A stretch of DNA of 64,000 nucleotides from Lama glama (taxonomy: Eukaryota): assembly GCA_028534125.1 (NCBI GenBank), contig CM052816.1, forward strand, positions 99,326,001-99,390,000. Direction: 5' to 3'. The notes under the pieces are model-generated. The model ran no database searches, was not told where the DNA came from, and saw only the letters and a program-made list of their open reading frames with translations. This document shows positions 37,921 through 52,292 of this stretch, piece after piece. A program made the position numbers and the translations under genes. Each line of letters begins with the position of its first letter. Position 1 is the first letter of the stretch.

Positions 37921-39739
37921 CTTGCGGAGATCCCTGTCTATCTGGACGTCCAATTAACGCTCTTTAATCCAAGTAGTCGACTAGCAAAATGGTGACAACT
38001 TGAGGCTCATTTTCCAGTACGCATGGTCTGTCTTTTTTCTTTTCTGCGTTGTGTTGGTGAAGACGCCCAGAAAATTGTCTAAAAGTAGGATCGTCTTCAT
38101 GGTCTTACCTTAGATTAGAATGTCACTTGTTTGTCCCTGTTAATTATATTTCAAACTGAATTCTGATTTGTTCACCCTTTCATGTAATGAACGATTCTAC
38201 ACCTCTTTTTCTGAGAGTAGTTACCAGAGATAAATGCTGAAATTTATCAAATATCATTTTTTAAATTTCTTAACAAGATCAAGGACCTCCATTTAAACTA
38301 TTAAGATAATAGAATATTTTCCTGGAAATAATCTTTAATTGTTCATAGCGTGTTTATGTTTAACTTACTAATATATTACTCGGAATTTTCAAATCTGTGT
38401 TTATAAGATAAAATGATTTGTGCTTGTCCTTGACAACATCTGAGGCTCGTGTTTGACCGGCTTTTAAAACAAGTAAGTGAGAACTCATTCTTTATAAAAG
38501 TTGAAAAGAAAAGGGTTATCTGAACCAGAGATACTTTTTTCACAACTTTCCCCAAATCTTTCTGAATCTGGGGCTTCTTCATGGAGGTGGGGTATAGTAA
38601 AAAGAGCCAGTGCTGTCTATTTTATTAGGCTATTCAGTTTTCCTGAAGAAATAGATTTGTGGCCATTTTGCCATGTTCTGCATAAAATCCAGTTCACATT
38701 TTTATTGGATTTGTATTACACTGAAGAGTAATTTTGGAATAATTGACATTTGAAAAATATACATTTTTTTCTATTGGGAAATGTAGCCTCTCCTTGTGTG
38801 AATTCATCTTCTTTTATGTGATTAGATTATTTCAGTCTTGTTCATCTAGGTCTTTAACTTCTGTCATTAAATTGATTTCTAAGTAGTACGTATTTTTGCT
38901 GCTACTATGAATGGGATTTTTTTTGCATAATATTTAATATAATCTTTTTACAATCAAGGATTTTAATCCTACCAGTTGACCAGTTTGAATTTTTCAAATA
39001 TACACATAATTTACTCACAAATAATAATTAATTTTTATGTATAGCATCTATAACCTAAATTTTCCCTTTCTCTAAATATAGACAAAAACATTCAAAATTG
39101 TATTAAATAATTTTAGTAATGTCTGAAAGGTTTATCCTTAAATATCAAATAGCTCTCGGTTTAACAAAGATATTTCTTACATTATTCAGCTTTCATTTTT
39201 ATTGTAATTTATTAAGAGACTGATCTTGTTCCAAAGCAGGAGTGGAAGATACATTGAGGGGTTTCTCATCTCACGATTCTGTGGCCCTGAAAACAGTTCT
39301 CATTTAACCTACTGCGCGCTAACGTGAACCAGTCAGGTTCCTGGGCGAGCTGTGCTCACGTTTCTGCAGAATGTCATGCTTGGCTCTGAGGGCTGCTCTA
39401 TTTGACTCATAGTTTTGTATCTAGTGTTTTGCATCTCCACTCGTGTGATTGGCCAGTTTTCCATATTGGGTTTGCTTTGCTTTGCTAGTTTCCAAACATT
39501 AGGGTCAGGAGGCATTTTCCCCTTTGATATTCTGAAGGTATGTAAGTAGATTGGGACCTTACTGTTGATTTGGTTTGAAAATCTGAACTAATTCACTTTT
39601 TAGTGATCTGGGTGTAATGCCTTGTTTTGGTGGTAATTCATTGACAGTGTTTTATTTTCCCATACTTTAAAATTTTAAGACTTAGTTTTAAAATTCTAAT
39701 GATCTTACATCATGGTTAGAAAATGTAGGCTGTACAATT

Positions 39740-40470
39740 CTTAAACAGCCTTACTGAGGAGTAATTGACGTGTGATAAACTATGCATGTTTAAAATACAC
39801 GGCTTGGTAAGTTTTAGTCTATGTACACACCCATGGAACCATCACCAGGATCAAAATAGTGAACAGATCCTGCCCCTTAAAGCTCCTCTTGCCCGTTTAT
39901 TCCTTCCTTCTGTCCATCCCCACAGCCTCCCCAGAGCAATCTCTAATCTGCTTTCAGAGAAAGATGAATCAGTTTCCATGATCTAAAATGTTGTTAGTGA
40001 AAGCATGCAACATATGCCCTTTTTATCTGGCTTCTGTTACTCAACAGAGCTATTCTTGAGCCATCAAATTGCTCATTCATTTTTACTGCTGAATAGTATC
40101 GCATTTCACGGATATGCAACAGTTTGTTTACCTGTTTGATGAGCATCTGACTTGATTCCATGTTTCGGCTATCACAAACAAAGATGCTGAGAAGGTCCAT
40201 ATACAAGTAGATTTTTGTATGGACTATATTTCCTTTTCTCTTGGGTTAATAGCTAAGGGATGGCTGGGTCATATGGTAAGTATTATTCATTTATTAAGAA
40301 ACTACAAAACTGTTTCTAAATTAGTAGTACCATTTTACATTCTTACTAGCCATGAATGGGAGTCTACGTCCCACCACACTCTCACCAACACTTGATATGA
40401 CCAAGTGTTTTTAATTTTAGCCATTCTAATGGGGGTGTATCATTGTGGTTTTATTTTGCATGTCCCTAAT
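39740..40470 (-). mobile_element. L1MB/MC-like 3' fragment
   Basis: Antisense 3'UTR motifs; gctgggtcatatggtaagt; ttttagccattctaat. Confidence 0.8.
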
Positions 40471-41519
40471 ATGCTGGAGTCTTTATCCAGGCAGTCTTGC
40501 TTCAATTTCCACACTTTTAACCTAGACCACACTCTCTCCTAACCTTTCTTATTATGACAGTATCATCAGATTGGCTTCTGTATTTTCCCCAGAATGTCTC
40601 AGAATGAAATGACAAACAAAACAAGGGTAGAAGTGCTGATTTATCTAGAGCTTGTGAATTGGTGCAGGGAGAAGACACAGGAGTATGTTTGAACTTGAAA
40701 GTATTATAAATTTTGGACTATGGGTTTAATTCTGATAGAAAATAAGTAGAATGATTATAGCTTAGAGGTCTGGATGATAGAGAATAGTGGTTTCATCAGG
40801 AGTTCTTGGAATAGTTGGAAGAAAAAGAAACTTTTCAAGACGGTTACAGAGATGAGACATGTTCTGAAGTTTCTCGTGTCTTAAAACGTATTCCTCTTGC
40901 CTTCACAGTTGATGAATTATAACTTTTTTAGACATAAACTTACTTTCAAATTCTATGAATAGTCTCTGTTCATGCCCTCTTTGAATTTTACACTGCAGAG
41001 AAATCTGTAGACAGATCATTTTATGTCACTATCATATACATTTTTGTTGAAATGGATGTTTCTAACACTTTTTAATCTTTGAAAACCAAGGACAGCACAA
41101 GTAAGTTTATTTGTGTATGTTTTTAATATTTTTCCTTAGATCTGTTAAGTGTGCTCAATCTGCACATATGTGTTTTTCTTTAGTTTATTAAATTTGTCTT
41201 CTGTGATATCTTAATCTTTTCTTTTTCTTTTCTGTTTGTCCTCATGTCTTCTTAGACATATCAATTATCTATCCTCTATCCTATTTTTATCTTCTATTCT
41301 CTCTTATTAAATTGATTTTAATTTTTCTCTATATTCTGGGAAAATTTATTAAATTTTATCCTTTTTATCATGGGTTCAATTTTCTGTGGCATCAAATCTT
41401 CCATTTACGGTACTCATATGGATTTTATTATAGCTGCTGATATTTTATCAATTTTTTTTGCAATCTAATTTTAATATTACCAGTTTTCACTTTGCCTTAT
41501 CCTGTGTTGTCTGCTAGTC

Positions 41520-42655
41520 AGGACCCACATCCCCGGCGTCAGCAACACCAAATAGGAAGGATTTCACAACTGAAGTATTCCTCCCCCAGGAGCAAAGTTT
41601 CAAGCCGCATGTCAGGCCCCCAAGCCTGGAGGTCCTGCACTGGGAAGACAAGCCCTGAGAACACATGGCTTTGAAGAGCAATGGGGCTTATGTTCAGGGG
41701 AGACAGAGGGCTATAAGAATCAGAGATTCTGCTCTTAAAAGACACACACAAAGTGTCGCATGCTTCGAGTCCCAGCACAAAGACAATAGTTTGAAAGGAC
41801 CCTGAGTCAAATTGACTTGCTGATCTTGGAGCGCCTCCCAGAGAGGCAGGAGGTAGCTGGGACCCCCTTGGGTATAGAGACACTGGCAGCAGCCGTTTAT
41901 GGGAACTTGTTCTACAGGATGACGCCCATGCTGGCAAGTGCCATTTTCAAGTTCTCCCTCTAGCTGTTGGTGTTGGGAGTTTGCCCCACACACCGGCAGG
42001 CCAGCAGGATCTGGCTGCCTCCAGGCCAGAAAGACAGCCGTGCCAGGAGCCTACCTCACCCACCAGTGGACCCTGCAACTGCTCAAGGTAGGGCCTTGTA
42101 GCCAGGCATCCCTGATTTCCTGCACACATGGCATTAGGTCCTGCCTCAGCAGGAGGGCTCATGCAACCACCAGAGGGGATATATATGCTTAGAACATATA
42201 CCTCTGGTGACCAGAAAGTAGTATGTTTATGGGCCACATAGGATGTCTTTTACATAAGGCAACTTACAGTTGCATCAAAAAGAATAAAACACTTAGGAAT
42301 AAATCTAGCCAAGGAGGTAGAAGACTATACTCTGAACATTATAAGACATTAATTAAAGAAACTGAAGATGACACAATGGGAAAGCTATACTGTACTAACA
42401 GAGTGGAAGAATTAATATCATTAAAATATCCATATTATCTAAGGCAATTTACAGTTTCAGCATAATAATTATCAAAACTCCAAGTACGTATTTCACAAAA
42501 CTAGAACAAAGAATTCTCAAATTTATATGAAACCACAAAAAAATTCCAAACAGTCAAAACAATCTTGAGAAAGAAGAACAAACCTGGAAGTATCATACTT
42601 CTTGGCTTCAAACTATACTTCAAAGCTTTACTAATCAAAACAGTATGGTACTGGA
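41520..42655 (+). mobile_element. Internally deleted L1: 5'UTR-like segment fused to an ORF2 segment
   Basis: 41520-~42260 resembles an L1M 5'UTR. ~42262-42655 is ORF2 (gcatcaaaaagaataaaacacttaggaataaatcta...aaaacagtatggtactgg). Confidence 0.7.
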
Positions 42656-43139
42656 GTCAAACTGTAGGCTGCTTCAGCTGGTTTATGCACAGCATAATCC
42701 TATGCTAGGCTCTCATCTTACTGGAATGAGAGATCCATGTCTCCTGTGTGGTTCCCTCAGAAATAATGCTTCTATTCAAAATCATCTTTGTTTCTATTGA
42801 CAGGCTACAAAGGAGAAAAACAAAAATAATTGCATAGTTATCTCTGAACATTTCGTCATGGGCTGACTTTCCTCTTTAACAAGCAGCGTGGCAGGGCAGA
42901 CATCTACAAGAGATTATTGTAGCATGGTTTCAGAAGTGTGTGCTACAGTGGCCAGTGGCAAATTATCAAAATTTTTTCTATATAAAAGGTGTTATTCCTT
43001 GGTAAAATAAACAGTATGTCACAAATCTGTCTTAAAGAAAAATCCCAAATGCTATATGTGGATACATCCCCTCTAGAAGATGTTACTGAATCTCCTTCCC
43101 CTTGACTGTGACCTAGACTTCTGGACTTACAGAGTCTGG

Positions 43140-43710
43140 GAAGGGCAACACTGCAACTTACAGTGGGCAGGCCTGGAACCGCCACCTGGACCAAGGGGTC
43201 AAGGCTGACTCCCCCAGCACTGCCACGTGGCTACTGTGAACCTGCTGATGCGAGGGGATGACAAGGCACCTCAGCTCTGTGGTCTTCTTCACCAAAATCC
43301 ATAAGTCCAATCTCATGGTGGGAAAACATCAGACAGACCCAAACTGAAGGATGTGCTACCAGATACAACTTTAGCTCTCCTCAAAACTCTCAAAGTCCAA
43401 GAAATAAGGGGGCATTGAGAAATACACTCATCAAAGGTGGCATGAGGGGCAAGGTGGTGTATGAACCTGGATTGGATCGTGGAACAGAAAGAGAACATTA
43501 GGGGGAAAAACTGGGAAAATGTGGGCACCATGCATTAGTTTATTTAGTTAATAGCATTGTATGAATATTATTGGCTTAGTTTTGACAAGTCTGACATTGC
43601 TATATAATATGTTAACGTTAGAAGAATCTTATGAAGAGTATACAGAAATTCTTTGTACTGTCTTTGCAACCTTTTTTCTAAATCTAAATTTATTCAAAGA
43701 TTAAAAGAAA
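43140..43710 (+). mobile_element. L1MC/MD-like 3' end
   Basis: aaaacatcagacagacccaaactgaagga...ctggattggatcgtggaacagaaa...tgtactgtctttgcaac...aaatctaaa. Confidence 0.75.
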
Positions 43711-44761
43711 CTTTTAAAATATTATGTCACATAAGCAGCTTGTACTAATTGAAATAATGAATAAAAACCAAACTTTGCTGCTTAAGAATAAATTACAAAG
43801 CTCTTTCTAACTGCCTTGTCCAATTTAAACCAGTTTTGGTTAGGTATTAATTTAGTATGCTTAAGGAGTTTAAAAAAATAACATGTGCAACCAAAGACGC
43901 AGACTGGAACAATTATTATTTGGTTTAGAGATTAACACAAAGAAAAACAACAAAATTTTAATGCCTCCAGACACACCTCACTAAAAGCATTCCGGGCTTT
44001 TGGTTTTATTAAATTGAGTGGGAAGGCAAAGGAACTTTATTACATGTTTGATAAAACACCCAGGAGGCTTCAGATTTCTTTTTCTTGTACTGTTTCGCGA
44101 TGATCATCAGAACAGCGCAGAATTAAGCACAAACCCAACAATGTTAAGAATGCTGACTGAGGCTAACCACAAGTTATATAAATGAGACAATTAATCCATT
44201 GAACACAGAATTTGTTCACATTTTTTTCTGTCCTTTTCTTTTATCGACTGTTTAAGTCATTAATGCTCCCCCGAAAAGGTCCGATGCCGATGGCGAGCAG
44301 TCATGTGTTTAGGCAGCCTTCCAGATGGCACCCTCGACCAACAGGGAAACTTGAGCGGTCGCCCACATAAACTGCTGGCTCCAGCGCACAGCTCCCAGCC
44401 GTTGTTTTGTTAGAAACCTACGTCCAGTCTCTCTGAGGGCATAAAGGGACTTCGCTAACTGAAGTCCGTCTGGACTGTGCATCCTGTTTCACCCTCAGAG
44501 TCCAGTTGAACTGCCTTTTCATCTCTCTTTTGACTGGTCACCCCCATACCATGGAGGTAGCCCCTTGTTTTTCCCTAAATAGAAGCAATTCAAATGTATC
44601 ATTGATTCTAACCTCCACACAGTGAGGGACAGTCAACATAGCCCTGCCTCTTATAAGCTTCCTCTGGTCAAAGAATTACTGATGACATAACTGCATCAGG
44701 TAGCAAATATGCAGAATAAAATACATAATTACACGGGTTTAGATACATTTCTTCATTTGTC

Positions 44762-45530
44762 TTATTTTTCCAGCTGTATTGACATACATAATTGACATAT
44801 AAAACTATACTTGAAGTGTGCGCTGCGGTGATTTGATGCAGGTATACAGTGTGAAAGGCGTCCCACCGTCTAGTTAATAGTTAGCTACCTCCTCCACCAC
44901 CACGTTGTCTTTTGTGAGAGCATTTGAGTTCTACTCTCTTAGCAAATTTCAGTCGTACAAGACAGTGTTTTCAACTATAGTCACCATCTTATACTTTCGA
45001 TCCGCAGATCTTTTCATCTTATAGCTGAAAGTTTGCATCCTTTCACCAATCTCTTCCTACCCCTCCCTCCCTGCTCCCAGGCCCTGGAAACCACTGTCTT
45101 ACTCTCTGTTACTGAGCATGACTTTATTTTAGATTCCACATTCACACAACACCAAACACTGTTTGTCTTTCTCAGTCGGACTAATTTCACGCAGCACAGT
45201 GCCCTCAGGGTCCACCCACACGGTCACAAACAGCAGGAATTCCTTCTGTCTCAGGGCTGAATCTGATATGTACGTATGTGTGCACGTACTATCGCCCTTT
45301 CATCCACAGGGGGACGCTGGGGCTGTTCCCTCGTCTCAGCCGCCGTGAACGACGCTGCGGTGAACACGGGCGTGCAGACGTCTCTCTGAGGTCCTGTTTC
45401 CTCTTCCTGTGGATATAGACCCGGAAGTGGGATTGCTGGATTGTATGAAAGTCCTGTTTGCAATTTTTTGAGGGCACTCCATACAATTTTCCATAGTGGC
45501 TGCACTGCTTTACATTCCCACCAATAGTTC
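44762..45530 (-). mobile_element. L1MA-like 3' end
   Basis: [32 protein letters not shown] is L1 ORF2 C-terminal sequence, followed by 3'UTR. Confidence 0.88.
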
Positions 45531-46879
45531 GGCTCATTTAAATTGATACATTTTAAAAGTAAAATACAGTACTTAGCAATTTTGAAATTTTCATTGGGGG
45601 CATACCTAAAGAAATCTCAGCACCCAGGAAGCAGTGTGAAAGTGCAGATCAAACCTTTGTGCTTCTTATTCGCAAGTAAGTTATTGGACTTAGAAATGCG
45701 GTTTAAGGGCGTCACAGAGACGATTGGATTTAGAGTCATTGTGCAGAATAACGAAGTTAAATGACCTATTTAAGTCCTAGATAAAGGCCTTACTCTTTAG
45801 AATATATGGCTTGGAAGCCCTTAGGCACAAAATTAAACAGACCAAGGAAATAAGAGATTCAAACCCGTACATTGACACAGCTGATGGATCTGACAGTCCT
45901 TCACATCAAGTTTTCTGTATTTCTTTCAAAAGTCTTAGAGGTAAATTGAATATGCTCCTGATTGCTGAGTGAGGCTCTGGAGGCTAAGACTGTGCCCTAT
46001 ACTCTTAGCTAAGTTTTCACGGCCCATTTCATTAGAACAGTGTATACCTGTCGCTTCTGGGCCACACTGCCCTCCGCACGGACAGGGCAGACAGGCACTG
46101 ACTGAGCCATCGGCACAGCGGGGACCGTCCCCCTCGCAGGCGCCTAGACTTAGCAGCCTCCCACGGAAGGACATCTTCCAAGCGATGGCAAAGCCTTTAG
46201 CGAACCATATTTGAGTTTTCAGAATTATTCATGTTACAGAAATATGGTAGGCCTGGTCTATGGAAACCTGCCCCTGGTACAAACCTTTTAACAGTGTGCA
46301 CGGTCTTTGCTCACCCTGCGTTTACTCACTGGTATGAAATCCCAGGCTACCTTAAACCAGGCCTGATTTGTTGAAATGCCTCCTCCTGGTGACAGCCGTT
46401 TCCAGTCCAGGCACAGACTGGACCCTCGGTCCTTCCTGTTAAGCATAAAAGAAAACAACAGAAGGTCTTTGTATCAGGGCCAGGGAAGTGGCTTTATGCC
46501 GCGTCAGGATTAGCTGGGTTAGCATATTTAAGCTGCTCTGAGGTGGCTTTTCTCTCTACCCTGGTGCCAATTTAGAAGGGCTGTTTGCGGAAGCATCTCT
46601 ATGAATTTGCCTGTCAAAAATACCTTTATCAGGTTTCACTGGAAATCTACAGATTAGTGGAGCAAGTTATTCCTCCAATTAATTGCTCGATGAGCATCCA
46701 AATGGGTCCCTCTTGCCCCCCTTCCACATGGTTAAGTAGTCAGAGCAAGAAGTGGGGCAGAGAGGCAGGCGCCCAGGATTTGTCTGGGGACACGGGAGAG
46801 AAACTCTCTGAATATTGCGAAGAGTCAAGTGCAGCCTTCAGCAACTTGATGCACAGCATGGTCTGCTTGTTGGAATCTC

Positions 46880-47112
46880 AGAACAACAAAAGGACATTAG
46901 TGGAAAAACTAGTGGTGTTTGATTGAATTCTGGAGTTTAACTCAGAGCAATACACTGATGTTGGTCCCCCAGTTGTGACAAGTGCACCATGATAAAGTAA
47001 AATGTTAACACTTAGGGAAACTGGGTGCATAGTATATGAGAACTTTCTGTACCATCTTTCCAAGTTTCCTGCAACTCTAAAATTACTCCAGAATTTAAAA
47101 GTTTATTCAAGG
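46880..47112 (+). mobile_element. L1MC-like 3' end fragment
   Basis: aggacattagtggaaaaact...gaactttctgtaccatctt...ctaaaattactcca. Confidence 0.7.
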
Positions 47113-50100
47113 GAAAAAAGAAAAACCTTTAGGAACTCAAAAAGGTGCGGAAAACGCCACTCTTGCACATCACACAGGGATAAGGTGATACTGAGCAACT
47201 CTTCATCTAAGCATCCTTGCCTGGACACCAAATAATAAAAACCAAATTATGGGTACAAATCATGCTGGAGCCTTCATTGCAGTACACCTGCCCACGAAAC
47301 GCAGGAGCAGCAGGAATTTATGTTGTCGATGCAGAAATTTATGTTGTCGATATAACACTTGGGGAATGAAATCTGGCGCTGAACATAAACTCAAAAACAT
47401 TAGTAAGCGTTCATTAACTATTCAAGTTTTGTCTTGACAAATACACCTTTTGGTTGGGTTTTTAGGGCTTCCTGTGACTTGACTGCACTTGAGAAGCAAC
47501 TGATGGATGTAGAAACCCCAGAAATAGAATCCCGCATGAGGATCAAAGCCTGTGCAGACATCCTGCTTTGTCTCGGAGAAGTCCCCGCCCCTCCCAGGCT
47601 TCATCTGCTCTGTGAAGAGGAATCATTTCAGTCATAAGACACGCCATGGGAATACTGCCTTCCCTTACTAGACAGGTGTTTATCACACACATACTATGTG
47701 CTCAGCACTGTGGCCAATGAGGGTACAGAGATTAGTAAGAGGCCTCTGGTCCTGGAGGACCAGTTCATCAGGTGCAAAAAAAGAGCCATAAAATGAGAAA
47801 TCTCAGGAGAAGAGAGCACCAGAAATGTGGGCATGAGGACTTGTTCCCAAGTAGTCCCCTTGGGGCCGGGAAGACACACAGGGCTCCACATCAAACCATT
47901 TTGATGGGAAACAAAATAATTCAGCCTGTAGACATAACTTCTATCTCAATTTTCCCTCCTATTGGAGAAGGCTGTCTTTGTCTTTCCAGAATATTGTCAA
48001 ACAAACATGGAAAACAAATGGTTGTCAAGCATGTTGAGTTTTTAGACAAATTAAAATTGTAAAACTGTTCCATTTCAGGTTAATAGAATTTATAATACAC
48101 ATTTAGCAGTAAAGACGATGTTTATAAATGAAGGTTTTGAAACCAATAGAAATTACAGGTAGCTAGTTCTGCGCTACAGACATGAAATACTATTATTTTT
48201 TTTTGACTGCCCAAAGCCTTGATGGACCATAATAATAGCCTTTAAATGTTTGATGTGGGGTTTTAAGAGCTTCTGGTATAAAGCATCGATCCATCCAAGA
48301 AATGTTCATAATGAAGTTCCCACTCAGCATGGGGTTTCTGACGCTGGCTGGTCAGACAAGGACAAGAGGAATGCCTTATGTCACCCACGTCAGCCACACG
48401 TTTTCTTCTTTTCTTTCCATTCTGGTGGTATTTTTGCTGAACCTAAACCGATAATAATGATCTCCTTACACGGCCTGTTCTGTATATCTGTCATATTAAA
48501 GTCTAGGCTGTTTGTTTATCATACTGTGATCCATAGCTTTCTATTAATTTAATTATACTAAAAGATCTTAAAAGCCCTGGGCTAAGTACCATGTCAATTA
48601 GAAATGAGTTTAACTTGGAATAAATATACATTTAATACTTGTAATTTATTGCTTTAAATACACACAAAGCCCTCACTATGACACAATCTATTATTAATTG
48701 CCCCAATGCCCAAAGTCCAATTAAGTAAATCCATTTACATTTTCTTCAGAGAAAGTCAATGTTCATTCTCATAGGAAGCAGTAGATGCCAACACTTTCCT
48801 TTCCCATAAACCCGCAATGCCACAAAAGGCTTTTGTGCGTAGTGAGGATGTCACGTGTGGAGGGAGGCGGAGGCGAGGGGCAGACAGAGCCGCAGGGAGG
48901 GCGGGCGCACATCACTCGGGAAAAAAAGTAACACCCAGGCCGAAACGTAGGGCTTGTATATGTGTTTTCAAGTCAACTAGGATTAGACCCTATTATAGAC
49001 GCATTAACTGCTGTTTGATGAAGATTTCTGACTTGCAGTAAATGCAGTCTAGGCACACCCCTCAAACTGCAACACTGGTATGTTTATAGCAATTACGTAC
49101 TAAAAACAGCTCCACTGCCAGCTTCTTTTCAGCATGTGTATGAAAAGTTACATGTGAAAATGTCAGTCTCGGTGTTGAGGAAAGATAGTTAATGCCTGGG
49201 GTCACATTTTATGGCAAAAGTTATAAATCCCTAGCAATAACGTTTACAGTGGAAACCCTGACATGGAGTTTTATGCATGCGTGCTCTCCACGAGAGAGAG
49301 GACTTAGGAGTCAGAAATTTTAATTTGCGAATTATAAACAAATATATTTTAAACACTTATAAATAGTTTGTTATTTCAAATCCTCCAAAACCACAGAAAA
49401 CTCCTCACATCTTGCTTGTGATCTTCATCTGAAAATTGTCACCCAAACATAATTTATTTTCATTCAGGTACCTCTCTTTAGCATTATTATATTTTTGTAT
49501 TGAATACTATAAATGTTAGTTATGCTTTCCAGTGGAGTCTAGGTTTGTCTGAAATCCCTGTGAGAGCTCAGCAGAAACTTTATTCTGTGAGATCTACATT
49601 GTGGTCTTAATTTTGAAATCTGAGATGCTGGCTGTACTCTGGCTGCGCAGTGTGGTCATGTGCCCTGGGTTTTGTCCATCCTGCTCAGGAGAGAAGACCT
49701 CAGGCGCTTACTTCTTTATCAAGGACCCCTCCCTTAGTGTGACAATCATGGTGGTAGTACCAGTCATGACATGGTATGTGGTATAGACAGGAAAACCCTC
49801 TACAGTACTTGGCAAGGGATTAGGACCCAACAAATGGTCGTTATCATTAGTCTAAACAATTATTCACATCTTAATGGCATTTAGAGACCCAGAAGGTAGC
49901 AGTTTCATATTTCTCTTGTCAGGTTACATACACACATACACACACACATACACACACATGTTTTGCTAATTTAAAGTCTGTGCCCAATTTGGTTTCTCAT
50001 ATCTAGTTAAAAAAAAAAAGAGAGAGCAAGAGAAAAGAATTGGTCCATGTATCTAGATGGGGGACAGATCTTACCTTTTCCAATTTAATTTTTTATCTAG

Positions 50101-51007
50101 TGGAAAATTAATTTAGTGCCTTCATCTAAAATTTTGGGGATAAATTGTTTTTTATTTTTAAGCCCCCAAATTGAAAAACAAAAATACGTCTCAGAGCATG
50201 GGTAACAACTTCTTAATTTATACCAAGTTCTATTGAAAAAGAAAGAAGTGCTATTTTGTTTCCTAGACCATCAGACCTGAGCAGGAATTCTTTGAATGCT
50301 CAGATGTTACCAGTGCAAGGACACTCAGGTCTTCCTGTTGAGATGAAATGATGACTAGTTGAGCTCAGCTAATGATGTCAAGATGTAATGATTTAATAGT
50401 AATGTCTGCATGAACCCATTTAATGTATCTGATTAATAGATACTATGCTTAAAAATAGTAGCTTCCACAATGTTTCATTTTCCACGCTTATTACAAGATG
50501 TAAATGCTTGTTGATTGCAGTATTTCCTGCCTGTGAAGTATCTAAATCTTAAATCTCAGTGGCGAGAGATTCATTGCTGTGAATCACTGTGTTGGATTCT
50601 ATCACTGTTTGCGTTTGTTGACTGTGTATGGAGGAGCCCACACTTCTTTCCTCAGGAGGAGGGGGCGGCCGCCCCCACGGACCTGTCTGGTTTTGGAGTG
50701 AAGAGGGTGGGATATGAGGAGGGCCGGGTCAAGCTTGCTTCTTGCACTGTCCTGCAGGTAATCCTATCTGTGCGCCTAATGTGAAAAAAACAGCTCTCTA
50801 ACATAATGGATCTGTGAACAAATAGATACACCGGTTGCTTTGGAATTTGTATTAATGCGTGCATATCATTATTTAGGAAATAATGACAGAAAAAGAAAAG
50901 AAATCCTAAAATGTGGTCTTGTTGTGACACAGAAGAGGGTGGGGCACACCTAGTTGTTTATCCACTAGCTAGATTCCTAATGACAAGCTGAAGTCTCTGA
51001 GTCCAGG

Positions 51008-51586
51008 TGATACAGGAAAACTGGGCAGGAGAGGATGGCCATGTCCCGGCCTCAGGCCTGGAGTCCCCTGGGGCCGTCCCCGCCAAGTGAGGGGCCTTGC
51101 TTCATGCAGGAAAGAATTCAAGAGCAAGCCATAGTCCAGTGAAGGTGGATTTATTCAGACAGATGACACTCTGCAGACAGCACAGGCCGTCCCAGAAGAC
51201 AAGAGGAAGGCCTAGGAGGTACGCGTTCCACTGGCAGAATGCGGGTCCAGAGCAGGGGGTCTGTGGGGAAAATGGGATGGGGCCGGAGGTGTGGGAGCTG
51301 TCGTAATGGGCTCGGGAGCTTCACATGCTGACAAGGGGAGGGTTATTCCAAGTCCTCTGGGGAGGGGGCCGGGAGTCCCAGGAACTGGGCCCCACCCACT
51401 TTTTGACCCTCTTTGGTCAGCGTTGAAACTGTCCTGGAACCTGTGGGAGCGCCGTTTGGCAGCTACTGTATCTCAGTGAGCCTATGATGAGGCTCAGGGT
51501 CCACTGGGATGTGGCTCTTCCGCCATCTTGGCGCTGGTTGCTGTGTCCTTTTAATGACTGTGCCCTGCCCCCTCCATCCTGTCTCA
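51008..51586 (-). mobile_element. Solo ERV1-class LTR, MER41-like
   Basis: TGATACAGGA...TCCTGTCTCA terminal inverted repeats, perfect 4-bp TSD CAGG (51004-51007 / 51587-51590), minus-strand AATAAA ~51151. Family assignment from recalled consensus. Confidence 0.85.
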
Positions 51587-52157
51587 CAGGAACACGGCCA
51601 TGCTCATAAAAGTTAGATTATGTAAAATTTATATACAAATAAAGTATAGGCAAGGATTATAAAATATAATAAAATTAATAAATTTCAAAATGTCACATTT
51701 AAATGTATAATTAATTTTAGAGTACTCCAATTTGGTTATTATTTTAATGAGGCTAGAGTTTTATAATCTAATAAACTCTTTTATTGTTAGACCCAAATCT
51801 TGAGCAGAAACAAACATTACAAGTGGAATAATGCTGCTGTAATAAACTGTGTAGCTGCACGTCCACATTTATCCACTTTGAGAGCTGCGTGTCCCCTGTA
51901 ATATGTCTGCACGCTAACCACGAGAGAACCACGGGACAGACTCAGGTCCAATCCTCACAAAAACACTAGGAATGCGGGTAGCGCTCCCCTGCAGGGAGTG
52001 CGCTAATGTATTCAAAGCTCCCTAGCCTCAGGAAGGAACTGAGGTTTGAATCTGATCTCTTTGAGGACAAAGCCTGCATGTTAGTCTCCATAAGTCCTAA
52101 TAGACATTGTCCTTAACCTCAGGTGGAGACATGGGTACTGGCCCAGAGCCAGGTGTG

Positions 52158-52292
52158 TACACACACAGAAGCACACATACATACACATGCACACCCATGC
52201 ACACACATGCACATACCTACACAGAGGCACACACATATACACGTACACACACACACACACATACAGACACACTCACACAAAATGCACATACA
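52158..52292. repeat. Degenerate (CA)n tract
   Basis: Direct reading. Confidence 0.9.

Noticed and set aside
36815..37995. Overlapping 111-202 aa ORFs
   Set aside because: GC-rich low-complexity translations in several frames with no recognisable domain.
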